Shown here: piece after piece, positions 18,893-28,041 of the stretch
Position numbering within the stretch: the stretch's first letter is position 1
How the letters are laid out: each line of letters opens with the position of its first letter
NCBI GenBank assembly: GCA_963656785.1
Contig: CAVKJB010000010.1
Coordinates: forward strand, 2,470-66,469
Direction: 5' to 3'
Source of the DNA: Acutalibacteraceae bacterium
GTDB taxonomy: Bacteria > Bacillota > Clostridia > Peptostreptococcales > Anaerovoracaceae
DNA: 64,000 nt
Translations under genes and position numbers: made by a program
Notes under the pieces: model-generated
Databases searched by the model: none
What the model was told of the DNA's origin: nothing
The model's input: the letters and a program-made list of their open reading frames with translations, nothing else

Positions 18893-20044
18893 ATGAAAAT
18901 GAAGAAAATGTATTGGGTTGTCCTGGCGATGACGGTAATCGGCATGCTGGCACTGACGGGGTGCAGCAAGTCGGACCAGGAGAAGGCAGACGAGGTGGCA
19001 AAGAAGATTGATGCCATCTACGTGCAGGAATGGACCGAAGACACGGAGCAGCAGTGCAAAGAGGCGAAGGAAGCCTGGGATGCGCTGACCGATGAACAGA
19101 AGGAACTGGTCTCCGGCGAGAATGCGGATCCGGATTATTTTGGTAAGGATACCGGCGATGCATCCAAAGATGATCCGCTGAACAGCGACAATATCGGCGA
19201 GAAGGAGATTCTGGTTGTCAGCTTCGGTACATCCTTTAATGACAGCCGTGTGAAGGACATCGGCGGCATCGAGAAGGCGATTCAGAAAGCGTACCCGGAT
19301 TGGTCGGTTCGTCGTGCCTTCACCGCACAGATTATCATCAACCACGTGCTGGCAAGAGACGGCGAGAGCATCGATAACGTCGAGCAGGCACTCGAGCGTG
19401 CGGTAGAGAATAAGGTGAAGACGCTGGTGATTCAGCCGACACATCTGATGCACGGTGCAGAGTATGATGAGCTCGTTGAAGCGGTCGACAAGTATAAGGA
19501 TAAATTCGATTCGGTCAAGGTAGCGGAACCGCTGCTGGGTGAAGTGGGATCGGATGCGACCGTGGTTAATGCGGACAAGGCGAAGGTTGCGGAAGATGTG
19601 GTTGCTCAGGCGGTGAAGAAAGCCGGCTACAGCAGCACCGATGATGCAGCGGCGGACGGTACCGCATTCGTTCTCATGGGACATGGTACGTCGCATACGG
19701 CGAAGATTTCCTACTCTCAGATGCAGCAGCAGATGGAAGACCTGGGATACAGCAATGTATTTGTCGGTACGGTAGAAGGAGAGCCGGAGGAAACGTCCTG
19801 CGAGAATGTGATTGAATCGGTCAAAAAAGCCGGATACAATAAAGTCATCCTTCGTCCGCTGATGGTCGTAGCCGGTGACCATGCAAACAACGACATGGCC
19901 GGCGATGATAAGGATTCCTGGAAGAGTCAGTTCGAGGCTTCCAAAGCGTTCGATTCCGTCGACTGCCAGATAAGCGGCATGGGAAGAATCGCCGCGATTC
20001 AGCAGATCTACATAGATCACACGGGCGTGGCAATAAACGACTAG
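18893..20044 (+). CDS. cbiK: Sirohydrochlorin cobaltochelatase CbiK, lipoprotein form
   Basis: VVSFGTS, RRAFT, QPTHLM, LMGHGT, GTVEGEP, PLMVVAGDHANNDMAG. N-terminal lipobox LTGC. Confidence 0.88.
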   Translation: MKMKKMYWVVLAMTVIGMLALTGCSKSDQEKADEVAKKIDAIYVQEWTEDTEQQCKEAKEAWDALTDEQKELVSGENADPDYFGKDTGDASKDDPLNSDNIGEKEILVVSFGTSFNDSRVKDIGGIEKAIQKAYPDWSVRRAFTAQIIINHVLARDGESIDNVEQALERAVENKVKTLVIQPTHLMHGAEYDELVEAVDKYKDKFDSVKVAEPLLGEVGSDATVVNADKAKVAEDVVAQAVKKAGYSSTDDAAADGTAFVLMGHGTSHTAKISYSQMQQQMEDLGYSNVFVGTVEGEPEETSCENVIESVKKAGYNKVILRPLMVVAGDHANNDMAGDDKDSWKSQFEASKAFDSVDCQISGMGRIAAIQQIYIDHTGVAIND

Positions 20045-20087
20045 TAAACGTCTAATGAGGAAAGTCTAGAAAGAGAGGGTTACGAAA

Positions 20088-20576
20088 ATGAAGAAGAGAA
20101 GATTATGGATAGCGCTGGCGCTGACCGTAGTGATGGGGTTGATGGCACTGGCACTGACTGCCTGCAGCAACTCCGGCCTGGACGACGGGTCTTACACCGC
20201 GAAGTTCACCACGGACAGCAAGATGTTCCACGTAAACGAAGCGTATAACGACTACGGGCTCCTGACCGTCAATGACGGAAAGATGACCATTCACGTAACA
20301 CTGGTGTCGAAGCGTATCGTGAATCTGTACCTCGGCACTGCAGAGGATGCCGCAAATGCGGATGAGGCAGATATCCTCCAGCCGACAACGGACGAAGTGA
20401 CGTATGAAGATGGAACGACGGATAAAGTATACGGCTTCGATATCCCGGTGGAGAAGCTCGACGAGGAATTCGACTGCGCCATTCTCGGCAAGTCCGGTAA
20501 ATGGTACGACCACAAGGTGAAAGTATCAGAAGCCGAGCTCGTGAATGGAGACGGTGACGTGGACGGTGACGAATAA
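20088..20576 (+). CDS. Small lipoprotein of unknown function in the cobalamin uptake module
   Basis: Lipobox LTAC, beta-rich acidic domain, RBS gagagg, operonic position. Confidence 0.7.
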   Translation: MKKRRLWIALALTVVMGLMALALTACSNSGLDDGSYTAKFTTDSKMFHVNEAYNDYGLLTVNDGKMTIHVTLVSKRIVNLYLGTAEDAANADEADILQPTTDEVTYEDGTTDKVYGFDIPVEKLDEEFDCAILGKSGKWYDHKVKVSEAELVNGDGDVDGDE

Positions 20577-20579
20577 GTC

Positions 20580-22154
20580 ATGATGATGAAGAACCATCGC
20601 AGGACGAGTGCACACAATATCATAAGGGTAATGCTGTGCGCCGTCCTGCTGATGGCGGCTGCAGCCCTGGCCGGCTGTACGACCGGAGACAATGAGGCGA
20701 CCTATTCCTGCCAGGTGACACTGACCGGCGGATCCGGTCGCGCGAGCGTGGAGTCTCCGGCCGAGGTAACGGAGCAGGATAGTAAGCACACCGTCAAGCT
20801 GATTTGGAGTAGTTCCAACTACGATTATATGATCGTGGACGGCACGAAGTACGAGAACGAGGCAAAGGCCGGTGACAACTCGACCTTTACAATTCCCTTC
20901 GCTGCATATGACGAAGCGATGACGGTCGTTGCGGATACGACCGCAATGAGTCAGCCGCACGAGATTGAGTATCGGATTACGGTGCATAGCCCGGAAGATT
21001 CCGATTTGGTAAAAACAGAAACGGACACGCAGGGTTCTTCCGATTCCACGGAAGAGAGCGCCGCGCGAGGAACCATTGAGGAAGCTCCGGAAATCCGGGG
21101 GCTGACGTACATCTCGCGGGAGAAACTTGCTGCTGCGAAGGAGTTTACCATCGACTACTATGAATCGGACGGCGTGACATACACGCTTCTGATTATCGGT
21201 GCGAAGGACCAGTTCCTATTAATCCCGGAGGGGGGCTCCGTTCCGAAGGAACTCCCGAAGGACATTACACCGCTGCAGCTTCCGATTGCGAATACCTACG
21301 TGGTGTCCAGTTCGGTGATGGATCCGATTCGACGAATTGATGCGTTGGGTTCGGTCGGTTACACGGGTACAAAGAGCAGCGATTGGTCGATTGCGGAAAT
21401 TGCACGTCTGGTCAAATCCGGAACGATTCAATACGCTGGGAAGTACAGTGCTCCGGATTATGAGATGCTTCGCCTCGGAGAATGCAGCCTGGCGATTGAG
21501 AATACGATGATCTACCACACGCCGGCCGTCAAGGAGAAACTGGAAGACCTCGGAATCCCGGTAATGGTGGAGCGTTCGAGCTACGAGTCTACGCCGCTCG
21601 GACGTCTGGAATGGGTGAAGCTCTATGGTATTCTCTACGGCAAGAAGGATGCAGCGGACGCGTTTTTCGAAAAGCAGGCGAAGCGAATTCAGACAGTAGA
21701 GAGTGAGGCGAAGAAAACCGCGAAGAAGGATCGAAAGACGGTGGCGGTATTTGCCATCAACGCCGCTGGCGGCGTGACGGTTCGGGCGTCGAACGACTAT
21801 CTGGCGAAGATGATTCATCTTTCCGGCGGTAAGTATCTGGCAGCAAAGACGGAATCCGATAACTCTGTAAAGTCCACGGTGACGATTCAGATGGAAGATT
21901 TCTATCGGATTGCGAGGGATGCCGATGTGCTGATCTACAACAGCACGATTGAAGGAGATGTCTCCGGTATCCGGGATCTTCTGAACAAATCTTCCCTCCT
22001 GAAAAAATTCAAGGCAGTAAAATCCGGCGATGTCTACTGCCTGGGGGCCGGATTCTTCCAGAACAGCACGCAGCTGGCAGACGTGATGGAGGAGATGGAG
22101 TCTATTTTTGACGGGGAGAATAAGGATTTGACGGTACTCCGGAAACTGAAGTAG
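20580..22154 (+). CDS. ABC substrate-binding lipoprotein (BtuF/iron-siderophore class) with an extra N-terminal domain
   Basis: Lipobox LAGC. C-terminal binding domain (AGKYSAPDYE, ERSSYE.TPLGRLEWVK). Precedes permease and ATPase genes. Confidence 0.8.
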   Translation: MMMKNHRRTSAHNIIRVMLCAVLLMAAAALAGCTTGDNEATYSCQVTLTGGSGRASVESPAEVTEQDSKHTVKLIWSSSNYDYMIVDGTKYENEAKAGDNSTFTIPFAAYDEAMTVVADTTAMSQPHEIEYRITVHSPEDSDLVKTETDTQGSSDSTEESAARGTIEEAPEIRGLTYISREKLAAAKEFTIDYYESDGVTYTLLIIGAKDQFLLIPEGGSVPKELPKDITPLQLPIANTYVVSSSVMDPIRRIDALGSVGYTGTKSSDWSIAEIARLVKSGTIQYAGKYSAPDYEMLRLGECSLAIENTMIYHTPAVKEKLEDLGIPVMVERSSYESTPLGRLEWVKLYGILYGKKDAADAFFEKQAKRIQTVESEAKKTAKKDRKTVAVFAINAAGGVTVRASNDYLAKMIHLSGGKYLAAKTESDNSVKSTVTIQMEDFYRIARDADVLIYNSTIEGDVSGIRDLLNKSSLLKKFKAVKSGDVYCLGAGFFQNSTQLADVMEEMESIFDGENKDLTVLRKLK

Positions 22155-22213
22155 CGAAGGACAAACGAAAGAATCGCACAATCGCACAGAAGAGACGGAC
22201 GGAAGGAACAGAC

Positions 22214-23332
22214 GTGACGGCAGATAACAGACGAAGACGCACAAGATATATCGCAGCGACAGCAGGACTGGGAGTGATTCTCGTCCTGCTTGTTCTGTTG
22301 AATCTGAAACTCGGAAGCACGGATATCAGCCTTCGAGAGGTTCTGGATGTGCTGGGACGAGGCCTTTCGGGTTCGGGAGGAGATAGTGCCGGGAGTGCAG
22401 GCGCCATCGGTGCCATCGAGGGTTCCGGCGCGGATGACGGCATCACAAATGGCATAAGTTACGATATCATCTGGAATATTCGACTCCCGCGAATTCTCAC
22501 CGGTGTAATGCTGGGCGGTGCATTGGCGATATCGGGATATCTCTTGCAGGTCTTCTTTGCGAATCCGATTGCGGGGCCGTACGTACTTGGCATCTCGTCC
22601 GGTGCCAAGCTGACAGTGGCGCTCTCGATGGTATTTCTCTTACAACAGGGAATCACGATGAGTGCACTTGGGATGACCGCAGCGGCTTTCGCCGGATCTC
22701 TGATTGCCATGGGATTTGTGCTGGCACTGTCTGGGCGGATTCGCAACATGTCCATGCTCGTGGTCGTGGGCGTCATGATCGGCTACATCTGTTCCGCGAT
22801 TACGGATTTCGTCGTGACATTTGCGGACGATTCCAACATTGTGAACCTGCACAACTGGTCACTGGGGAGTCTGTCCGGTATAGAATGGGACGGCGTCGGA
22901 CTTTCTTCGCTGCTGGTGTGCATCGGGGTGGTGCTCGCCTTTCTCTTATCGAAACCAATCAGCGCATATCGTCTGGGCGAGGCGTACGCTGTTAGCCTTG
23001 GCGTGAACATTCGACGTCTTCGGATTGCTCTGATTCTTATATCCAGCTTGCTGTCCGGTGTGGTGACGGCTTTTGCAGGCCCGATTTCCTTCGTAGGCAT
23101 TGCAGTGCCGCATCTGATGCGGAGTCTGATTCGGAGTGATGCGCCGATTCGCATGATTCCGGCGTGTTTCCTGGGCGGCGCTTCTGTGACCTTGCTGTGT
23201 GACGGGATCGCGCGAACGATCTTCGCACCGACAGAACTTAGCATCAGCTCGGTGACCGCGGTATTCCTCGTGCCGGTGGTGCTGTATATGATGGTGAGCA
23301 GAGGCCGCGAACGGGATTCGCGGTCAAATTGA
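22214..23332 (+). CDS. FecCD/BtuC-family ABC permease
   Basis: IRLPR, NPIAGPYVLGISSGA, GEAYAVSLG, GPISFVGIAVPH. Confidence 0.9.
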   Translation: MTADNRRRRTRYIAATAGLGVILVLLVLLNLKLGSTDISLREVLDVLGRGLSGSGGDSAGSAGAIGAIEGSGADDGITNGISYDIIWNIRLPRILTGVMLGGALAISGYLLQVFFANPIAGPYVLGISSGAKLTVALSMVFLLQQGITMSALGMTAAAFAGSLIAMGFVLALSGRIRNMSMLVVVGVMIGYICSAITDFVVTFADDSNIVNLHNWSLGSLSGIEWDGVGLSSLLVCIGVVLAFLLSKPISAYRLGEAYAVSLGVNIRRLRIALILISSLLSGVVTAFAGPISFVGIAVPHLMRSLIRSDAPIRMIPACFLGGASVTLLCDGIARTIFAPTELSISSVTAVFLVPVVLYMMVSRGRERDSRSN

Positions 23333-23411
23333 ATTCCATCGAGATTAACAATCCGGAATATCATGGAAGAACATAACAGAGGAAGGCATCCATTTCATTA
23401 AAATTGCGGGA

Positions 23412-24248
23412 ATGAACTCAATGGAAAGATTAACTCTTGAATCCGACAATATATTGAATACGAAGGGTCTGAAGGTCGGCTATGCCAGAAAAATCGTCGT
23501 GGAGAATGCGAATCTGGAGGTTAAGCCGGGCGAGGTGCTGACGCTTGTCGGCCCGAACGGCTCCGGTAAATCCACAATTCTTAAGACCATTACGGCTCAG
23601 CTCGAGAAGCTGGGCGGTGCGGTGTACCTGGACGGAAAGCTGCAGGAAGAACTGAGCCGGGAAGAAGTGGCTCGGATGATGGCTCTGGTGAATACGCAGC
23701 GGCTCCATCCGGAATGGATGACCTGCAGAGAGATGGTCTCCATGGGGAGGTATCCTTATACCGGGCGCTTCGGCATTCTGTCCGATGCGGACTGGGAGAA
23801 GACGAACCAAGCTATCTCGCTGGTTCACGCCGAGGATATTGCGGAAGAGAATTTTAACGAAATCAGCGACGGGCAGCGGCAGCGGATTATGCTGGCGCGG
23901 GCGCTCTGCCAGGAACCGGATGTACTGGTGCTGGACGAACCGACATCTTTCCTGGACATCCGATTTAAGCTGGACATCCTCGCGACCATTCGCCGGGTGG
24001 CGAAGGAAGACAATGTCGGCGTGATCCTCTCACTCCATGAACTGGAACTCGTTTCAGCAATCTCCGACCGCGTGGCCGGCATTGGCGGTGGGCGGATTCA
24101 ATTCGTGGGAACACCGGAGGAGATTCTGACCGGCGAGAATCTGGCGTTGTTATTTCACCTGGATTTAGGTGTGGGATCCGATATTGCTCGGGGCATTCGG
24201 GAGTACGGCGCAATATGGAGGCGTCGGATAGAAGAGCGCTCAGAATAG
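23412..24248 (+). CDS. ABC ATP-binding protein (FepC/BtuD-like)
   Basis: GPNGSGKST, GRYPY, ISDGQRQR, LDEPTSFLD, SLHE. Confidence 0.92.
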   Translation: MNSMERLTLESDNILNTKGLKVGYARKIVVENANLEVKPGEVLTLVGPNGSGKSTILKTITAQLEKLGGAVYLDGKLQEELSREEVARMMALVNTQRLHPEWMTCREMVSMGRYPYTGRFGILSDADWEKTNQAISLVHAEDIAEENFNEISDGQRQRIMLARALCQEPDVLVLDEPTSFLDIRFKLDILATIRRVAKEDNVGVILSLHELELVSAISDRVAGIGGGRIQFVGTPEEILTGENLALLFHLDLGVGSDIARGIREYGAIWRRRIEERSE

Positions 24249-24330
24249 AACGGATCGGGGCATGGAAGGAAGGTCGGGCGACATGCTGGACAGTCCGACG
24301 GACGCTGAATCGGACAGAGAAGGAGAAGCC

Positions 24331-25953
24331 ATGAGCAAAGTTATCATGATACAGGGCACGATGTCCAACGCGGGAAAAAGCCTGCTGGCAGGCGGTCTCT
24401 GCCGGGTTTTCCGTCAGGACGGTTACCGCGTTGCACCTTTCAAGTCACAGAACATGGCACTCAATTCATTTGTCACGCGGGAAGGTCTCGAGATGGGACG
24501 TGCGCAGGTGATGCAGGCGGAGTGTGCCGGTGCCGAACCATCGACAGACATGAACCCTATTCTGCTGAAACCAACGAGCGATGTTGGATCTCAGATTATC
24601 GTGAATGGCCGCGTGCACGGGAATATGCCGGCACGCGAGTATTTCGATTATAAGGTAAAATTAATTCCGGACATCCTGGAGGCCTTCCGGCGGCTTTGCC
24701 GAGAGTACGATATCATCGTGATTGAGGGTGCGGGCAGCCCGGCAGAAATCAACCTGATGGAAAATGATATTGTGAATATGGGGTTGGCGGAACTGGTGAA
24801 CGCACCGGTGATCTTAGTCGGCGACATCGACCGCGGCGGTGTGTTCGCGCAGCTCTACGGCACGGTGAAGCTTCTGAGTGAAGAACGCCAGCGTCGCATC
24901 GGCGGCCTCGTTATCAACAAGTTCCGTGGCGATGCGTCCCTCCTGTATTCCGGCATTGAGATGCTGGAAGAGATGACGGGCATTCCGGTCATCGGAACAG
25001 TTCCCTATCAGCCGCTGCTGATTGACGATGAAGACAGTCTCAGCACACGACTTGCCGGTACAGCTCCGGGGCTTGTAAATGTGGGTGTGGTGCGTTTTCC
25101 GAGGATTTCGAATTTTACGGATATTTCGCCGTTTGAAGCTGTTCCGGGTGTGGGTATTCGCTACATCACGCGGCCGGCGGAACTTCAAGGCATTGATTTT
25201 CTGATTCTCCCCGGAAGTAAAAATACCATCAGCGATCTCAGGTGGCTCCGCGAGAACGGACTGGCGGATGCGATACGAGAACAGGCGAAAAACGGTACTC
25301 CGGTGATGGGTATCTGTGGCGGATATCAGATGCTCGGAGAGTGGATTCGCGATCCGGACGGCGTGGAAGAAGGGGGCAGCATCGAAGGATTAGCTCTGCT
25401 TCGCGGTCAGACGGTGCTTCGGAAGGAGAAGCATCGGAAACAGGTAACCGGAAAGATGGAACTGGGAAGATTCCTGGATAACTTCCTTTCTGAGTATTCG
25501 GTCGGCAGGGATAATGGTGCTTCATCGGCTGCTCCTGCGAATGAAGCAATAGGGGAATCGAACGGAATTTCTGCCATCGCGTCCGGTTCAATCGGAGATC
25601 TTCGTACCGCCAATACGATCTCCGCGGTATCTTACTCCGGATATGAGATCCACATGGGAGAGACCGAAGTGAGGGAAGGTGCTGTTTTTACCCGTGATGA
25701 ATCGGGTGAGATCAATGGCATGATGCAAGGAAATGTGTGCGGAACATATGCACACGGAGTTCTGGATGCGGGACATATTGCATCGGATATTGCGGAGGCA
25801 CTCGCACGGCGAAAGGGCGTGACGCTGCCGCCGGCCGGATCGGAGACCTTTCGGGATCTTCGGGAGAAAGAATACGACAAGCTTGCAGATCTGGTTCGGA
25901 ATAACCTGGATATGAATGCGGTCTACGGAATGCTTAGGGAAGCGAAAATATAG
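24331..25953 (+). CDS. cobQ: Cobyric acid synthase
   Basis: IQGTMSNAGKS, APFKSQNM, MNPILLKP, IEGAGSPAE, DIDRGG, ISNFTD, GICGGYQMLG, GYEIHMG, GTYAHG. Start set at the RBS-backed ATG 24331. Confidence 0.95.
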   Translation: MSKVIMIQGTMSNAGKSLLAGGLCRVFRQDGYRVAPFKSQNMALNSFVTREGLEMGRAQVMQAECAGAEPSTDMNPILLKPTSDVGSQIIVNGRVHGNMPAREYFDYKVKLIPDILEAFRRLCREYDIIVIEGAGSPAEINLMENDIVNMGLAELVNAPVILVGDIDRGGVFAQLYGTVKLLSEERQRRIGGLVINKFRGDASLLYSGIEMLEEMTGIPVIGTVPYQPLLIDDEDSLSTRLAGTAPGLVNVGVVRFPRISNFTDISPFEAVPGVGIRYITRPAELQGIDFLILPGSKNTISDLRWLRENGLADAIREQAKNGTPVMGICGGYQMLGEWIRDPDGVEEGGSIEGLALLRGQTVLRKEKHRKQVTGKMELGRFLDNFLSEYSVGRDNGASSAAPANEAIGESNGISAIASGSIGDLRTANTISAVSYSGYEIHMGETEVREGAVFTRDESGEINGMMQGNVCGTYAHGVLDAGHIASDIAEALARRKGVTLPPAGSETFRDLREKEYDKLADLVRNNLDMNAVYGMLREAKI

Positions 25954-25988
25954 CGAAAACATCGCGAGAACATAAAATATAACGAAGT

Positions 25989-26672
25989 ATGAAGAACGAA
26001 TACAGAACGAACGAGCGCAAGGGAATCGGAGATATTGAGATTGAACACATCCTGCCGGGAGACATCGAGCGGCGAAGCTTCGAGATAATCGGACAAGAGC
26101 TGGAGGCACGCGGCATTTCGGTTCCGACGTCGCAGGATCCGGTGACACGGCGCGTGATTCACACGACGGCGGATTTCGAGTATGCGGAGACGATGTGCTA
26201 TTCGCCGGATGCAATCGAGACGGCGGACCGGGTACTTCGCGCGGGTGGAAGCATTGTAACAGATACCAACATGGCACGAACCGGGATTAATCGGAAGTTT
26301 CTGGCATCGCTTGGCGGTGAGGTGCACTGCTTCATGGCGGAACCGGATGTAGCAGCAGAAGCGCGAGAACGTGGGGTGACACGGGCGATGGTTAGCATGG
26401 AGCGCGCGGCGACTTTGCCCGGAGAGACGATCATTGCAGTGGGTAATGCGCCGACGGCGTTAATCTCACTGCACGAAATCATGGCCCGAAGCAGCTGGCG
26501 TCCGGCACTGATTATCGGGGTGCCGGTGGGTTTTGTCAACGTGGTTCCGGCCAAAGAGCTGATTCTCCGTTCCGACGTGCCGTACATCGTGAATCGGGGA
26601 CGAAAAGGCGGCAGTACGGTAGCCGCAGCGATTTGTAACGCACTGCTGTACCGGATACGGGACAGTAAATGA
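25989..26672 (+). CDS. cbiC: Cobalt-precorrin-8 methylmutase
   Basis: IERRSFEII, RVIHTTAD, GNAPTAL, GVPVGFV, GRKGGS. Confidence 0.93.
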   Translation: MKNEYRTNERKGIGDIEIEHILPGDIERRSFEIIGQELEARGISVPTSQDPVTRRVIHTTADFEYAETMCYSPDAIETADRVLRAGGSIVTDTNMARTGINRKFLASLGGEVHCFMAEPDVAAEARERGVTRAMVSMERAATLPGETIIAVGNAPTALISLHEIMARSSWRPALIIGVPVGFVNVVPAKELILRSDVPYIVNRGRKGGSTVAAAICNALLYRIRDSK

Positions 26673-26703
26673 TTAATGCGAGGAAAGAGGAAAGGTCGGG
26701 AGC

Positions 26704-27951
26704 ATGGAGAAGGAGTTGCGAAAGGGTTTTACCACCGGGAGCTGCAGCGCGGCGGCGGCCAAAGCGGCTGCATTCATGTTGCTGTCCGGCGGAAGACGGG
26801 AGAGGATATCCATCGAGACGCCGGGAGGGCCGGTCTTCTGTGCTGTCCTGACAGACATCGAGCGGAATCCGAACTGGGTGCAGTGCGCCGTCATCAAGGA
26901 TGGCGGAGATGATCCGGATGTGACGACCGGCGTACACGTGACCGCGAGGGTATCGATAGAACAGGAGTGGGAAGCGCCGGAGGGCGACTCTTCGAACGGC
27001 GATGAACCGGATGCAAGGAACAGCATTGCCCGAGATGAAGGGAACGGCATTGCCTCGGGTTCCCTTCAAATCCACATTGACGGTGGCCGTGGTGTGGGCC
27101 GCGTAACACTTCCGGGATTAGATCAACCGGTAGGAAATGCGGCCATCAACCGCGTGCCGCGGCAGATGATAGAGAAGGAAGTTCGAGAGGTTGCGGAAGC
27201 TTTCGATTTCCACGGCACGCTGCGTGTTATCATTTCCGTGCCGGAAGGGGAGACCGTGGCGAAAGGTACTTTTAACCCAAGGCTCGGCATCGTTGGCGGA
27301 ATTTCAATTCTGGGCACGACCGGTATCGTGGAGCCGATGAGTACGCAGGCAATTCTCGATACGATAGGGGTGGAGCTTCGCCAATGGCGTGCACTCGGAC
27401 ATTCTATTGCAGTGGTGGCGCCGGGAAATTACGGCGTGCAGTTCATGCAGGGTTACTACGGATATGATCTGAATCGGAGTGTCAAGTGCAGCAATTTCAT
27501 CGGAGATACTATCGATGTCGCCGGGACGCTGGGTTTTCGGGGTTTTCTCCTGACGGGGCATATCGGTAAACTGATTAAGGTGAGCGGCGGTATGATGAAC
27601 ACGCATTCCCGCGAAGGTGATGCCAGAATGGAGCTGCTGGCGGCGGCATTGCTTCGTGCGGGGGGTGACGGAAAGCTGGCTCTGGATGTGCTGGATTGTG
27701 CCGTGACGGAAGAGGCACTCAAGCGAATTCGGGAGGAATCACCGGAACTCTTCCGTCGGGCGATGGATGAGGTGATGGCGAGAATCTGCTATTACCTTCG
27801 GAAACGAGCCGGCGCTGAAATGCAAGTGGAGTGTATTCTGTACTCCATGGAACATGGGCTCCTTGCAGAATCGAAGGGAGCAGAGGCGATGCTCCGGGAG
27901 GTTCAGGGCGGGGATGTTCGGAATGGAAGTTTGCAGAACGGGACCGTTTAG
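26704..27951 (+). CDS. cbiD: Cobalt-precorrin-5B C1-methyltransferase
   Basis: GFTTGSC, KDGGDDPDVT, GVGRVT, AINRVP, FNPRLGIVGGISILGTTGIVEPMS. Confidence 0.95.
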   Translation: MEKELRKGFTTGSCSAAAAKAAAFMLLSGGRRERISIETPGGPVFCAVLTDIERNPNWVQCAVIKDGGDDPDVTTGVHVTARVSIEQEWEAPEGDSSNGDEPDARNSIARDEGNGIASGSLQIHIDGGRGVGRVTLPGLDQPVGNAAINRVPRQMIEKEVREVAEAFDFHGTLRVIISVPEGETVAKGTFNPRLGIVGGISILGTTGIVEPMSTQAILDTIGVELRQWRALGHSIAVVAPGNYGVQFMQGYYGYDLNRSVKCSNFIGDTIDVAGTLGFRGFLLTGHIGKLIKVSGGMMNTHSREGDARMELLAAALLRAGGDGKLALDVLDCAVTEEALKRIREESPELFRRAMDEVMARICYYLRKRAGAEMQVECILYSMEHGLLAESKGAEAMLREVQGGDVRNGSLQNGTV

Positions 27952-28041
27952 AACGGGGCGATTCGGAGACGGTGCTTTTGGAACCGGATTATTTGAGAAA
28001 CCGACCGAACCGAGGCGTCAGACTGAGAAAAGAGGATAAGC

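Noticed and set aside
18890..20020. 376-aa minus-strand ORF
   Set aside because: In-register antisense shadow of cbiK, expected from codon bias.
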